Shown here piece after piece: positions 11,839-20,597 of a stretch of 64,000 nucleotides of DNA. The DNA is from Bacteroidales bacterium (GTDB lineage: Bacteria > Bacteroidota > Bacteroidia > Bacteroidales > WCHB1-69), in NCBI GenBank assembly GCA_045616665.1, contig JAZLHE010000056.1, forward strand, positions 691 to 64,690. The letters are read 5' to 3'. How positions within the stretch are numbered: position 1 is the first letter of the stretch; the number at the start of each line of letters is the position of its first letter. The position numbers and the translations under genes were made by a program. The notes below the pieces were generated by a model. It saw only the letters and a list, made by a program, of their open reading frames with translations, had not been told where the DNA came from and did not search any database.

Positions 11839-14178
11839 TTATTTAGGGATAATCAGTTTGGCGAACTTGAGCATTAACGTTTTGTTTCCGACGGTATCGA
11901 AAGCGACAAGGGCTTTTTTTTCATTGCCGCTGCCTTCGGTGGATATTACAATTCCATAGCCGAACTTGCCATGATATACCCGTTTATTGACAACAATTTG
12001 ATCGAACGTGGCCAATTCGCCGATTTGCGCCAATTCTGCTTCGGTTTTCGTCTGCACTGTCGGCTTAGGAACCACCGGACGAGATGACGGAGAATACGGA
12101 TTGGTACGGACCGTATAAGAACGGTTTTTGGCGAACGAAGGCGTTTCGGGCATAGAAAACGAACCTTTTCCTGCCGATGCCTTTCGCGTGGTATTTAAGT
12201 ATTTTTCGGGAATTTCATCCAAGAAACGACTATGTTCGGCAAATTGCAGAGAACCAAACTTATATCGGGTTTCCGCATAAGTAAGCATCACCCGTTTTCT
12301 GGCACGTGTCAGCGCCACATAAAACAAGCGGCGCTCCTCTTCCAATTCCTTTCGCGTATTGACACAAAGAGAAGACGGAAAAAGATTTTCCTCCAAACCC
12401 GCCACAAAGACATAATCAAATTCAAGACCTTTAGCCGCATGAATGGTCATCATTTTCACTTTATCCTCAGTATCATCCTTTTCATCATCATCACTCAACA
12501 AAGAAACCGTTTCCAAATAATGGTCCAATGACGGGAAATACGTACTGATAAGTTCTCCAGTAGCCTCGTTGAAGGAGGATTCGGGCTCACGCTCGGTAAA
12601 AGCCTTGATAGAATCGAGCAATTCTTCGATATTGTCTATTCTGTCTTTATCGGAAGGATCTTCCCGCAATGCACTCACAATGCCCGAAGATTCAGCGATA
12701 TGCTTAGCCAAATCGAAAGCATCGGTAGTAGGCAGGAGGGCGGTGTAACTCTGTATTCGCGCCGCAAAATCGGTCATTCTTGCCTTGGTGGGCGCATTCA
12801 CATCCAAATTAAAATCATCGGGATGGACCATCACATTCCACATCCGTTCGTGATGTTCTGCGGCACAATTCAGAAGTTTATCCACCGTTGTAGCCCCGAT
12901 TCCACGCTGCGGGTAATTAATCACACGCCGCAACGACTCTTCGTCATAATGATTGACCGCCAATCTGAAATAAGCCATTAAATCCTTGATTTCTTTTCTC
13001 TTATAGAAAGAAAGTCCTGCATAAATCTTATACGGAATATGCCGTTTAATCAGCACTTCCTCAATAGCACGCGATTGGGAATTGGTACGATACAGAATGG
13101 CAAACTGACTATGGGAAGCCTGCTCATTGACCTTGATTTCAAAAATCGCATCCGCAATGGCAAAGGCTTCCTCGGTATCGCTGCCAGTTTTGAGAATATT
13201 GATTTTCGACCCTTCCGCATTATCTGTCCAGATTTCCTTATACATCTGGTTTTTATTATTCTTGATAATCGCATTGGCCGCATTCACAATCACTTGCGTA
13301 GAACGGTAATTCTGCTCCAGCTTGATGATTTCGCACGTGGGATAATCCTGCTTGAAATTCAAGATATTTGTAATATCAGCGCCGCGGAAGGAATAAATAC
13401 TTTGCGCATCGTCGCCCACCACGCAAATATTTTGGTATGCGGCAGCCAATTTCTTGATAATCAGATATTGGGCAAAATTCGTATCCTGATACTCATCCAC
13501 TAAAATATAACGGAAACGCTGCTGGTATTTATAGAGAACATCCGGAAAATCTCTCAAGAGGACATTCATATAGTACAACAAATCGTCGAAATCCATCGCA
13601 TTGGCATTTTTCAGGCGTTGGTTATAACGCATAAAGATGTCGGCAATAAGGGGCTTGCCACTACGGGCGTCGGCCTCGCGGATTTCGGGATTTTTGGCAT
13701 AATCTTCTTCCGAAAAAAGACTTGACTTGGCGGAAGAAATACGATTTTGGATATAATTGGCCACATAAATCTTGGGGTCGAGCTGCATTTCCTTCACGAT
13801 GGACTTGATCATATTCTTGGTATCATCGGCATCGTAAACAGTTAGATTCTGGTTATATCCCAAACGGGAACCTTCCACACGGATGATGCGGTAGAAAATA
13901 GAGTGGAAAGTGCCCATCGAAACGGACTTTGCATTACTGTCTCCTACTAACTTAAAAATACGCTCCTTCATTTCGCCGGCCGCCTTGTTGGTAAAAGTCA
14001 ATGCCAAAATTTGAAACGGGCTGATTCCGCGGGTAAGCATATAGGCGATACGATAGGTTAACACGCGGGTTTTGCCCGAACCCGCGCCCGCAATCACCAT
14101 CACTGGTCCTTCTATCTGTTTTACAGCACGTTGCTGCGCATCATTGAGTTGCGATAACAATTCTTCTTCCTGATTCAT
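11839..14178 (-). CDS. UvrD/PcrA/Rep-family ATP-dependent DNA helicase
   Basis: 779 aa. Walker A AGAGSGKTRVLTYR, motif II ILVDEYQDTN, and later TIHAAKGLEF and YVALTRA. Confidence 0.93.
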   Translation of the reverse strand: MNQEEELLSQLNDAQQRAVKQIEGPVMVIAGAGSGKTRVLTYRIAYMLTRGISPFQILALTFTNKAAGEMKERIFKLVGDSNAKSVSMGTFHSIFYRIIRVEGSRLGYNQNLTVYDADDTKNMIKSIVKEMQLDPKIYVANYIQNRISSAKSSLFSEEDYAKNPEIREADARSGKPLIADIFMRYNQRLKNANAMDFDDLLYYMNVLLRDFPDVLYKYQQRFRYILVDEYQDTNFAQYLIIKKLAAAYQNICVVGDDAQSIYSFRGADITNILNFKQDYPTCEIIKLEQNYRSTQVIVNAANAIIKNNKNQMYKEIWTDNAEGSKINILKTGSDTEEAFAIADAIFEIKVNEQASHSQFAILYRTNSQSRAIEEVLIKRHIPYKIYAGLSFYKRKEIKDLMAYFRLAVNHYDEESLRRVINYPQRGIGATTVDKLLNCAAEHHERMWNVMVHPDDFNLDVNAPTKARMTDFAARIQSYTALLPTTDAFDLAKHIAESSGIVSALREDPSDKDRIDNIEELLDSIKAFTEREPESSFNEATGELISTYFPSLDHYLETVSLLSDDDEKDDTEDKVKMMTIHAAKGLEFDYVFVAGLEENLFPSSLCVNTRKELEEERRLFYVALTRARKRVMLTYAETRYKFGSLQFAEHSRFLDEIPEKYLNTTRKASAGKGSFSMPETPSFAKNRSYTVRTNPYSPSSRPVVPKPTVQTKTEAELAQIGELATFDQIVVNKRVYHGKFGYGIVISTEGSGNEKKALVAFDTVGNKTLMLKFAKLIIPK

Positions 14179-14301
14179 GCCTCAAATTTTTAAGACTGCA
14201 AACTTACACAAAAGTTTTGAGATTTTTATGTTGGACAAATAGAAATTATTTGTATTTTTGCACGATAATAATACTATTGAATTTAGATTATTACAACTTT
14301 A

Positions 14302-14309
14302 TATTTTTG
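14302..14309 (+). promoter_or_regulatory. -7 promoter box upstream of the lipoprotein array
   Basis: tatttttg lies 70 nt upstream of ATG 14379. A second match is at 14253-14260. Confidence 0.4.
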
Positions 14310-14378
14310 TATCAAGAACTGATTAATGGGTTCACCAATTCCTGATACCATATTAACCTATCGAGCCCACAAAAAAAC

Positions 14379-15551
14379 ATGAAAAAAATCAAATTACTCA
14401 CGTTGACATGCCTCCTGCTGTCTGTGGTTTTTATGTCTTGTAAAAAAGACGATCCCAAAAAAGAAGATCCTGACACACCAACTTCAGAGGAAACCGTCTA
14501 TATTATGGGCACATACGGATCTGAATCTTTTCTCCTGACGAATGACAAACTAAGCTTCTTTAACAACGATAAAGGAGATTTTGGCGCGCTTGACATGGCG
14601 ATTGCAGACAACGGCGACGTCTATGTTGCAGGAGAGGTTCAAAGTGCAGCAGCAGGCATGCAGCCAAAATCACTGTTATTCAAAAACGGCGTTCCATGCT
14701 ATGAATACTACTTTGATTACGCCTCATTTTGCAACATTGCGATTGAAGACAATGGCAAGGTGGTCCTTGCGGGATTGCATCTTTCTGATCAAGTTAGACC
14801 CGCCGTTTGGGACGGTACCACCGCTACAAATTTACCTCTTCCCGCCGGAAACGATGTAAATGAATGGTTCATTACAACAATGGATTATAAGGATGGTCAC
14901 GAACTCATTGCCGGTTATTATGTAAATACTAATAGTCAATACGTTCCGGCAGTGTGGGTAGATCGTCAGCTCGTAAATGTGGATCCCATGAACGGCGCTT
15001 CAACTATAGTTGATGCCGGCACACTGATCAATGGTACCAATTTCAAAATTGCAGGTCGTTATTTAAATGAAGAAGGAAACTACATGGCATACGAATACGA
15101 TAGTCAATCTGGCACAGGCACCCGAATCCCTTATCAGTGGGAAGGCTCAAATGTCAGCATGGCCTACGGAATAGTCAATTCTTACAAGTGGAATAAAACC
15201 GAAGCGGAAGGAAGCCGCAGTAACTATTCTTTAATAACTGAAATTTTCCAACATTACGTTCCTGATCCTACAACCGGAGAGCAAATCATAGACACTTGTT
15301 ATGGAGGATTTTATGTGGTGAAAGACGGTAGCGTTATGCCACAAACGATGTACAGATACCCACAAACCAACACCATCAGCTCTATCATCGACATGTCAAT
15401 CAATTCCAAAAACCAGCTTTATCTGGTGGGAAGTTTCTATACCCTTCATGAGGGCATCAAGCCTGCCTATTGGATAGATGGCGTACGCCACGTTATTGAT
15501 CTTGAAAAAGGCGTTGCTTCTAAAATCATCATTAAACCAGCACAAAAATAA
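14379..15551 (+). CDS. Lipoprotein paralog 1, repeated-blade (beta-propeller-like) architecture, unknown function
   Basis: Signal peptide plus lipobox (LLSVVFMSC). Recurring blade-like motifs: DVYVAGEV, KVVLAGLH, HELIAGYY, FKIAGRY, QLYLVGSFY. Confidence 0.8.
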   Translation: MKKIKLLTLTCLLLSVVFMSCKKDDPKKEDPDTPTSEETVYIMGTYGSESFLLTNDKLSFFNNDKGDFGALDMAIADNGDVYVAGEVQSAAAGMQPKSLLFKNGVPCYEYYFDYASFCNIAIEDNGKVVLAGLHLSDQVRPAVWDGTTATNLPLPAGNDVNEWFITTMDYKDGHELIAGYYVNTNSQYVPAVWVDRQLVNVDPMNGASTIVDAGTLINGTNFKIAGRYLNEEGNYMAYEYDSQSGTGTRIPYQWEGSNVSMAYGIVNSYKWNKTEAEGSRSNYSLITEIFQHYVPDPTTGEQIIDTCYGGFYVVKDGSVMPQTMYRYPQTNTISSIIDMSINSKNQLYLVGSFYTLHEGIKPAYWIDGVRHVIDLEKGVASKIIIKPAQK

Positions 15552-15560
15552 TAATACACT

Positions 15561-16727
15561 ATGAAAAAAATCAAATTACTTACCTTGACATGCCTCTTGC
15601 TGTCAGTGGTTTTTATGTCTTGTAAAAAAGACGATCCCAAAAAAGAAGATCCTGATACACCAACTTCAGAAGAAACCGTCTATATTATGGGCACATACGG
15701 ATCTGAATCTTTTCTCCTGACGAATGACAAACTAAGCTTTTTCGACAATAATATAGGAAGATTTGGCGCACTTGACATGGCGGTTGCAGACAACGGCGAT
15801 GTCTATGTTGCAGGAGAAGTAAAAGCATTGTCGATAAGTTCCCCATCATCACTGTTATTCAAAAACGGCGTACCTTGCTATGAATATGTCTTTGATCACG
15901 CTTCATTTTGCGGCATTGCGATTGAAGACAATGGCAAGATTGTTCTTGCAGGTTTGCATTTGTCAGATAAATACAGACCCGCCGTGTGGGACGGTACTAC
16001 CGCGACAGATTTGCCTCTTTCTGGTGAAAGCAACATCAATGAATGGCACGTTACATCTATAGATTATAAGGATGGTCACGAACTCATTGTTGGTTTCTCT
16101 TTGAATTTGGATGGCAAATACAATCCATTAGTGTGGGTAGATCGCCAGTTTGTAAGTGTAGATCCTATGAACGGTGCTTCGGCAAAAATCTTTTCCGGCA
16201 CACTGACCAATGGCACCAATTTCAAAATCGCAGGTAATTTTTTGGATGAAGAAGGAAACTACACGGCATACGAATACGATAGTCAGACAGGCGGCACTCA
16301 AATCAATTATCAGTGGGAAAGCTCAAATTTCAGCGTAGTCTATGGAATAGTCAATTCTTACAAGTGGAATAAAACCGAAGCGGAAGGAACCCGCAGTAAC
16401 TATTCTTTAGTAACTGAAGATTACGAGCACTACGCGATAAATCCAACAACTGGAGAACCATACATAGACTCTTGTTATGGTGGATTTTATGTGATGAAAG
16501 ACGGTAGCGTTATGCCGCAAACGATGTACAGGTACCCACAAACCAACACCATCAGCTCTATCATCGACATGTCAATCAACTCCAAAAACCAGCTTTACCT
16601 GGTGGGAAGTTTCTATGACAATGACGAAGGCATCAAGCCTGCCTATTGGGTGGATGGCGTACGCCACATTATTGATCTTGAAGATGGCGTTGCCTCCAGA
16701 ATCATCATCAAACCAGCCCAAAAGTAA
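15561..16727 (+). CDS. Lipoprotein paralog 2
   Basis: The N-terminal ~60 aa match paralog 1 exactly. Differences cluster in short segments (e.g. EVKALSISSPSS versus EVQSAAAGMQPKS). Confidence 0.8.
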   Translation: MKKIKLLTLTCLLLSVVFMSCKKDDPKKEDPDTPTSEETVYIMGTYGSESFLLTNDKLSFFDNNIGRFGALDMAVADNGDVYVAGEVKALSISSPSSLLFKNGVPCYEYVFDHASFCGIAIEDNGKIVLAGLHLSDKYRPAVWDGTTATDLPLSGESNINEWHVTSIDYKDGHELIVGFSLNLDGKYNPLVWVDRQFVSVDPMNGASAKIFSGTLTNGTNFKIAGNFLDEEGNYTAYEYDSQTGGTQINYQWESSNFSVVYGIVNSYKWNKTEAEGTRSNYSLVTEDYEHYAINPTTGEPYIDSCYGGFYVMKDGSVMPQTMYRYPQTNTISSIIDMSINSKNQLYLVGSFYDNDEGIKPAYWVDGVRHIIDLEDGVASRIIIKPAQK

Positions 16728-16736
16728 TAATACATT

Positions 16737-17912
16737 ATGAAAAAAATCAAATTACTCACGTTGACCTGCCTCTTGCTGTCAGTGGTTTTTATGTCCTGTA
16801 AAAAAGAAGATCCCAAAAAAGAAGATCCTGCTGAACCGACTTCAGAGGAAACCGTTTATATCATGGGAACTTACGGAGTAACCAAGTCATTTCTCCTAAC
16901 GAATGACAAACTAAGCTTCTTTAACAATAATATTGGAGATTTTGGCGCACTTGACATGGCGATTGCCGACAATGGCGACCTCTATGTTGCAGGAGAGGTA
17001 GAACCTGACGATGATGGTGCGCTTCCATCATCGATGTTATTCAAAAATGGCGTACCTTGCTATGAATATGGCTTTGATTATGCTTCATTTTGCCGCATTG
17101 CCATAGAAGACAATGGAAAGATTGTCCTTGCGGGATTGCATTTTACTGATCAAATTAGACCCGCTGTGTGGGATGGTACCACCGCGACAAATTTGCCCCT
17201 TCCTGCCGGAAGCAATATTAGTAAATGGTACATTACATCAATGGATTATAGGAATGGTCACGAACTCATTGCGGGTTTCTATGTAAATGCTAATGGAAAG
17301 TACGTTCCGGCAGTATGGGTGGATCGCCAACTTGTAAACGCAGATCCTATGAGCGGTGCTTCAGCAGTTGTCAATTCTGGCACACTCACCAATGGCGCCA
17401 ATTTCAAAATCGCAGGTAATTATTTGGATGAAGACGGAAACTACACGGCATACGAATACGATAGTCAGACAAGTATGGGCACCCGAATCCCTTATCAGTG
17501 GGAAGGCTCAAATGTCAGCATGGCCTACGGAATAGTCAATTCTTCCAAGTGGAATAAAACCGAAGCGGAAGGAGCCGGCAGTATCTATTCTTTAGTAACT
17601 GAAGATTACGAGCACTACGCGATAAGTCCAACAACTGGAGAACCATACATAGACACTTGTTATGGTGGATTTTATGTGGTGAAAGACGGTAGCGTTATGC
17701 CGCAAACGATGTACAGATACCCACAAACCAACACCATCAGTTCCATCATTGACATGTCAATCAACTCCAAAAACCAACTTTATCTGGTGGGAAGCTTCTA
17801 TACCATTGACGAAGGCATCAAGCCTGCCTATTGGATAGATGGCGTACGCCACGTTATTGATCTTGAAAAAGGCGTTGCTTCTAAAATCATCATTAAACCA
17901 GCACAAAAGTAA
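16737..17912 (+). CDS. Lipoprotein paralog 3
   Basis: Same architecture. It shares the C-terminal tail YWIDGVRHVIDLEKGVASKIIIKPAQK with paralog 1 and the block VTEDYEHYAI.PTTGEPYID with paralog 2. Confidence 0.8.
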   Translation: MKKIKLLTLTCLLLSVVFMSCKKEDPKKEDPAEPTSEETVYIMGTYGVTKSFLLTNDKLSFFNNNIGDFGALDMAIADNGDLYVAGEVEPDDDGALPSSMLFKNGVPCYEYGFDYASFCRIAIEDNGKIVLAGLHFTDQIRPAVWDGTTATNLPLPAGSNISKWYITSMDYRNGHELIAGFYVNANGKYVPAVWVDRQLVNADPMSGASAVVNSGTLTNGANFKIAGNYLDEDGNYTAYEYDSQTSMGTRIPYQWEGSNVSMAYGIVNSSKWNKTEAEGAGSIYSLVTEDYEHYAISPTTGEPYIDTCYGGFYVVKDGSVMPQTMYRYPQTNTISSIIDMSINSKNQLYLVGSFYTIDEGIKPAYWIDGVRHVIDLEKGVASKIIIKPAQK

Positions 17913-17941
17913 TATTTGCAAAGGTTTTATATAAATTTCAA

Positions 17942-17977
17942 AGAGAGGCGGATTATCACGATTCGCCTCTCTTTTTG
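17942..17977. terminator. Hairpin terminator between the lipoprotein array and the convergent YitT gene
   Basis: Perfect 9-bp stem agagaggcg / cgcctctct followed by a T-run. Confidence 0.7.
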
Positions 17978-18046
17978 TCAAAAAACATCAAGCTTCGACA
18001 AAGAAACAACAAAATTTCCGTCTTGGATTTCTTTGTCCGACAGGCA

Positions 18047-18913
18047 TTACAGCTTCAGCTGATCGAAATTCTTTCCAAACACGCCGTAAGTTTTAGAAAT
18101 ACTGATGAATGCCGTATCGTCAATATCCTTGATGATACGCGTGATGAGCACCTTGTCGGTTTTATGGGCGATAATGAGCAGAATTTCGCTTTCTTCTTTC
18201 GTATAGGAGCCATAACTTTTGATGAGGGTGGCACCACGGTGAAGGTCGTTGTTGATTTTATCGGCGATTTCGCGATTCTTTTTAGAAAATACCATAATCT
18301 GATAGCTCTGCCTATAACCGTCGATTACCACATCGGAAATCACGGTATAGACGAACATCACCACCATACTATACACCAGTTTTTCCACCGAATGGACGAT
18401 GAAGTAGGAAGACCCGACAATCAATATATTGGAATAAAAAGACACGCGACCATACGAGATATTCCGGTACTTTCCAATCATCAGGGCAATGATATCGGTT
18501 CCGCCCGTATTTCCTCCGAAATTGATGGCCATACCCACACCGAAAGCAGCGAGACCCGCACCAATCATTGAGCACATAAAGGCATCATCCACCAAAGGCT
18601 GCTTGAAAATGGCCTGCCCCACGGAAAGCAGAGAAGACAAAATCAACGTGCATATCATCGTATTGATGCAGAAGCGGCGACCGAGGACTTTCCATGCAAT
18701 GACGACCAAAACCAAGTTCAGCACGAAAGCGGTAACACCAACCGGAATAGTTTTGGTGGCAAAGTAAACGATAGCGGCGATACCACTCACACCGCCACCA
18801 GTAAGGGCGTTAGGAATAAGAAAAGCGGTCCATCCGAATGCGAAAATTGCCAAACCGATGGTAATAAATACGAAATTTTTAATCTCCTTGAGTAATTCTG
18901 AAGTGGTAATCAT
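18047..18913 (-). CDS. YitT-family membrane protein (DUF2179 C-terminal domain)
   Basis: 288 aa, polytopic. It carries GGGVSGIAAIVYF and GGNTGGTDIIALMIGKY, with a soluble C-terminal domain typical of YitT. Confidence 0.8.
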   Translation of the reverse strand: MITTSELLKEIKNFVFITIGLAIFAFGWTAFLIPNALTGGGVSGIAAIVYFATKTIPVGVTAFVLNLVLVVIAWKVLGRRFCINTMICTLILSSLLSVGQAIFKQPLVDDAFMCSMIGAGLAAFGVGMAINFGGNTGGTDIIALMIGKYRNISYGRVSFYSNILIVGSSYFIVHSVEKLVYSMVVMFVYTVISDVVIDGYRQSYQIMVFSKKNREIADKINNDLHRGATLIKSYGSYTKEESEILLIIAHKTDKVLITRIIKDIDDTAFISISKTYGVFGKNFDQLKL

Positions 18914-19048
18914 GATAAAATTCTTGGGTTAATATTGATTATTGAATTATTATCTTACTGAATTCCAATAAATTAAATTTTGACAATTATATCAAAATGC
19001 AAAATTACGAAAAAAAATAAAAAAAGCTTGTATTAATTAAAAAAAGTT

Positions 19049-19056
19049 GTATTTTT
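19049..19056 (+). promoter_or_regulatory. -7 promoter box for tRNA-Asn
   Basis: tatttttg lies 33 nt upstream of the tRNA 5' end. Confidence 0.5.
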
Positions 19057-19088
19057 GCAGCGTTAAAAAAAAAGCGAAAAAGCGCAAC

Positions 19089-19162
19089 GCTTCCTTAGCT
19101 CAGTCGGTTAGAGCATCTGACTGTTAATCAGAGGGTCCTAGGTTCAAGTCCTAGAGGGAGCG
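19089..19162 (+). tRNA. tRNA-Asn (anticodon GTT)
   Basis: Hand-folded 74-nt cloverleaf. Acceptor gcttcct/agggagc (one G-U), D stem gctc/gagc, anticodon stem tctga/tcaga. Anticodon loop ctGTTaa, T arm ctagg-ttcaagt-cctag. CCA is not encoded. Confidence 0.93.
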
Positions 19163-19170
19163 CAAAGAAA

Positions 19171-19205
19171 AGCACCTATTCTCAATGAGTTAGGTGCTTT
19201 TTTTT
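19171..19205 (+). terminator. Rho-independent terminator after tRNA-Asn
   Basis: 8-bp stem agcaccta / taggtgct followed by a T-run. Confidence 0.8.
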
Positions 19206-19274
19206 GTTGCCTTCCGGATAGGGGGAAATGTGGCGATTTCAACAGGTTTTGGGTAAAAAATCTATAATAGTTCA

Positions 19275-20501
19275 CTAATTTTCTGAAGTTGTCAAACTTT
19301 GTATATCTTTTTGTTCATCTTCCGCAGTCACCTTATTCACAATCAGCATCAAGGCACCGTCGCCAGCCACGTTTACTGCCGTTCCCAATGAGTCTAACGC
19401 AATGCTCAACGTAATCATTATCGCAATCATCGGATCCGAAAAACCAAGCATAGATTGGATCATTCCCGCGGCCGCCATAATCACACCACCGGGAATGCCG
19501 GGAGCTGCCAGTACCGTGATAGAGAAAATCATAATAAACACGAAATACAATGTGAAATTGTAGGTCACACCATACATCAGCATGGTGGCAACAGCCAGGG
19601 CCACGGTTCTGATTGACGCACCGGACAAATGAATATTCGCACACATCGGAATGACAAAATTCACCACATTGGGTCTCACACCCATCTTATTGGCACAACG
19701 AAGCGTCACAGGAAGCGTTGCCGCCGAAGACGACGAGGCCAAGGCGGTAAACAAAGCCGGAAACATCGTACGTAACGACTTTAACGGATTCCGTTTCGCA
19801 ATTATTCCTGCTATAATATACTGTATCAGCAACCACGCGATAAAAAGAACGATCATCACTAAAATCACCTTCGAATAAACCTTGATCACCATATTCATTT
19901 CTCCAGAAACCGTCATTTTCAAAAACATTCCGAAAATATATATGGGCAATAAGGGCAAAATGATACTGTTGATAATCATCATCACCACATCTTTCAACTC
20001 GATCACGCCAGACTTAATGCTGTGATGATTGTACTTGAGGATGGCAAAACCCAAAATAAACGATAAGAGCAAAGCCGACATCGTATCCATTAATGGTGGA
20101 AAATCAATCTTAAAATACGGATCCAATGCCGCCGATGAAACGCCTCCCGCAAGATCGGTCGTAGAATTTATTTGGCCACCAACAAGAGATGGAAACACCA
20201 GATCGGAAACACCAAATGTGAATAAACCGGCGATGACCGTTGAGACATACGACAACACCAACGTCCAAATAAGCATTTTGCCCACCCCTTTGTCCGTTTC
20301 CACGATAGCACTCGTAATCAATGCCAAGATCAGCAATGGCACGGTGAATGCCAAAAGAGACGAAAATAATCCGTCAAAAGTAATGAAGATTCTCACAAAC
20401 CAAAGAGGCATAAACTGTCCCAAGGCAATTCCCAATGCCACCGCCAAGGCAACAGTTGCCAATAAGTTTTTCTTGAAAAAATTTAATATACGCTTGAACA
20501 T
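19275..20501 (-). CDS. Dicarboxylate/amino acid:cation symporter (DAACS family)
   Basis: 408 aa, polytopic. It has motifs typical of the GltP/SstT family (SSSAATLPV, AAPGIPGGVIMAAAG). A minus-strand tatttttg box sits at about 20526-20540. Confidence 0.8.
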   Translation of the reverse strand: MFKRILNFFKKNLLATVALAVALGIALGQFMPLWFVRIFITFDGLFSSLLAFTVPLLILALITSAIVETDKGVGKMLIWTLVLSYVSTVIAGLFTFGVSDLVFPSLVGGQINSTTDLAGGVSSAALDPYFKIDFPPLMDTMSALLLSFILGFAILKYNHHSIKSGVIELKDVVMMIINSIILPLLPIYIFGMFLKMTVSGEMNMVIKVYSKVILVMIVLFIAWLLIQYIIAGIIAKRNPLKSLRTMFPALFTALASSSSAATLPVTLRCANKMGVRPNVVNFVIPMCANIHLSGASIRTVALAVATMLMYGVTYNFTLYFVFIMIFSITVLAAPGIPGGVIMAAAGMIQSMLGFSDPMIAIMITLSIALDSLGTAVNVAGDGALMLIVNKVTAEDEQKDIQSLTTSEN

Positions 20502-20597
20502 AATTGATATTGCATTTTATTTTCTGCAAAAATACAACAATTATTGATTATATTCGTATGCGTAATTAATCGGATTTATGCATAACCGACGATGGTA

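Larger units (their letters stand above)
14379..17912 (+). repeat. Three-copy head-to-tail tandem gene array (unit ~1.18 kb)
   Basis: The three ORFs of 390/388/391 aa are separated by 9-nt spacers (taataatacac/tt). The first ~170 nt and last ~270 nt of each unit are near-identical, and the central parts diverge. Confidence 0.95.

Noticed and set aside
17975-18571. 198-aa plus-strand ORF
   Set aside because: It is antisense to the YitT membrane-protein gene. It has an odd His/Asp-rich composition and starts inside the terminator hairpin.
19089-19162. tRNA-Asn as an integration site for a genomic island
   Set aside because: Both flanks are ordinary genes (YitT, DAACS transporter). No integrase is present, and I did not see a duplicated tRNA 3' end nearby.
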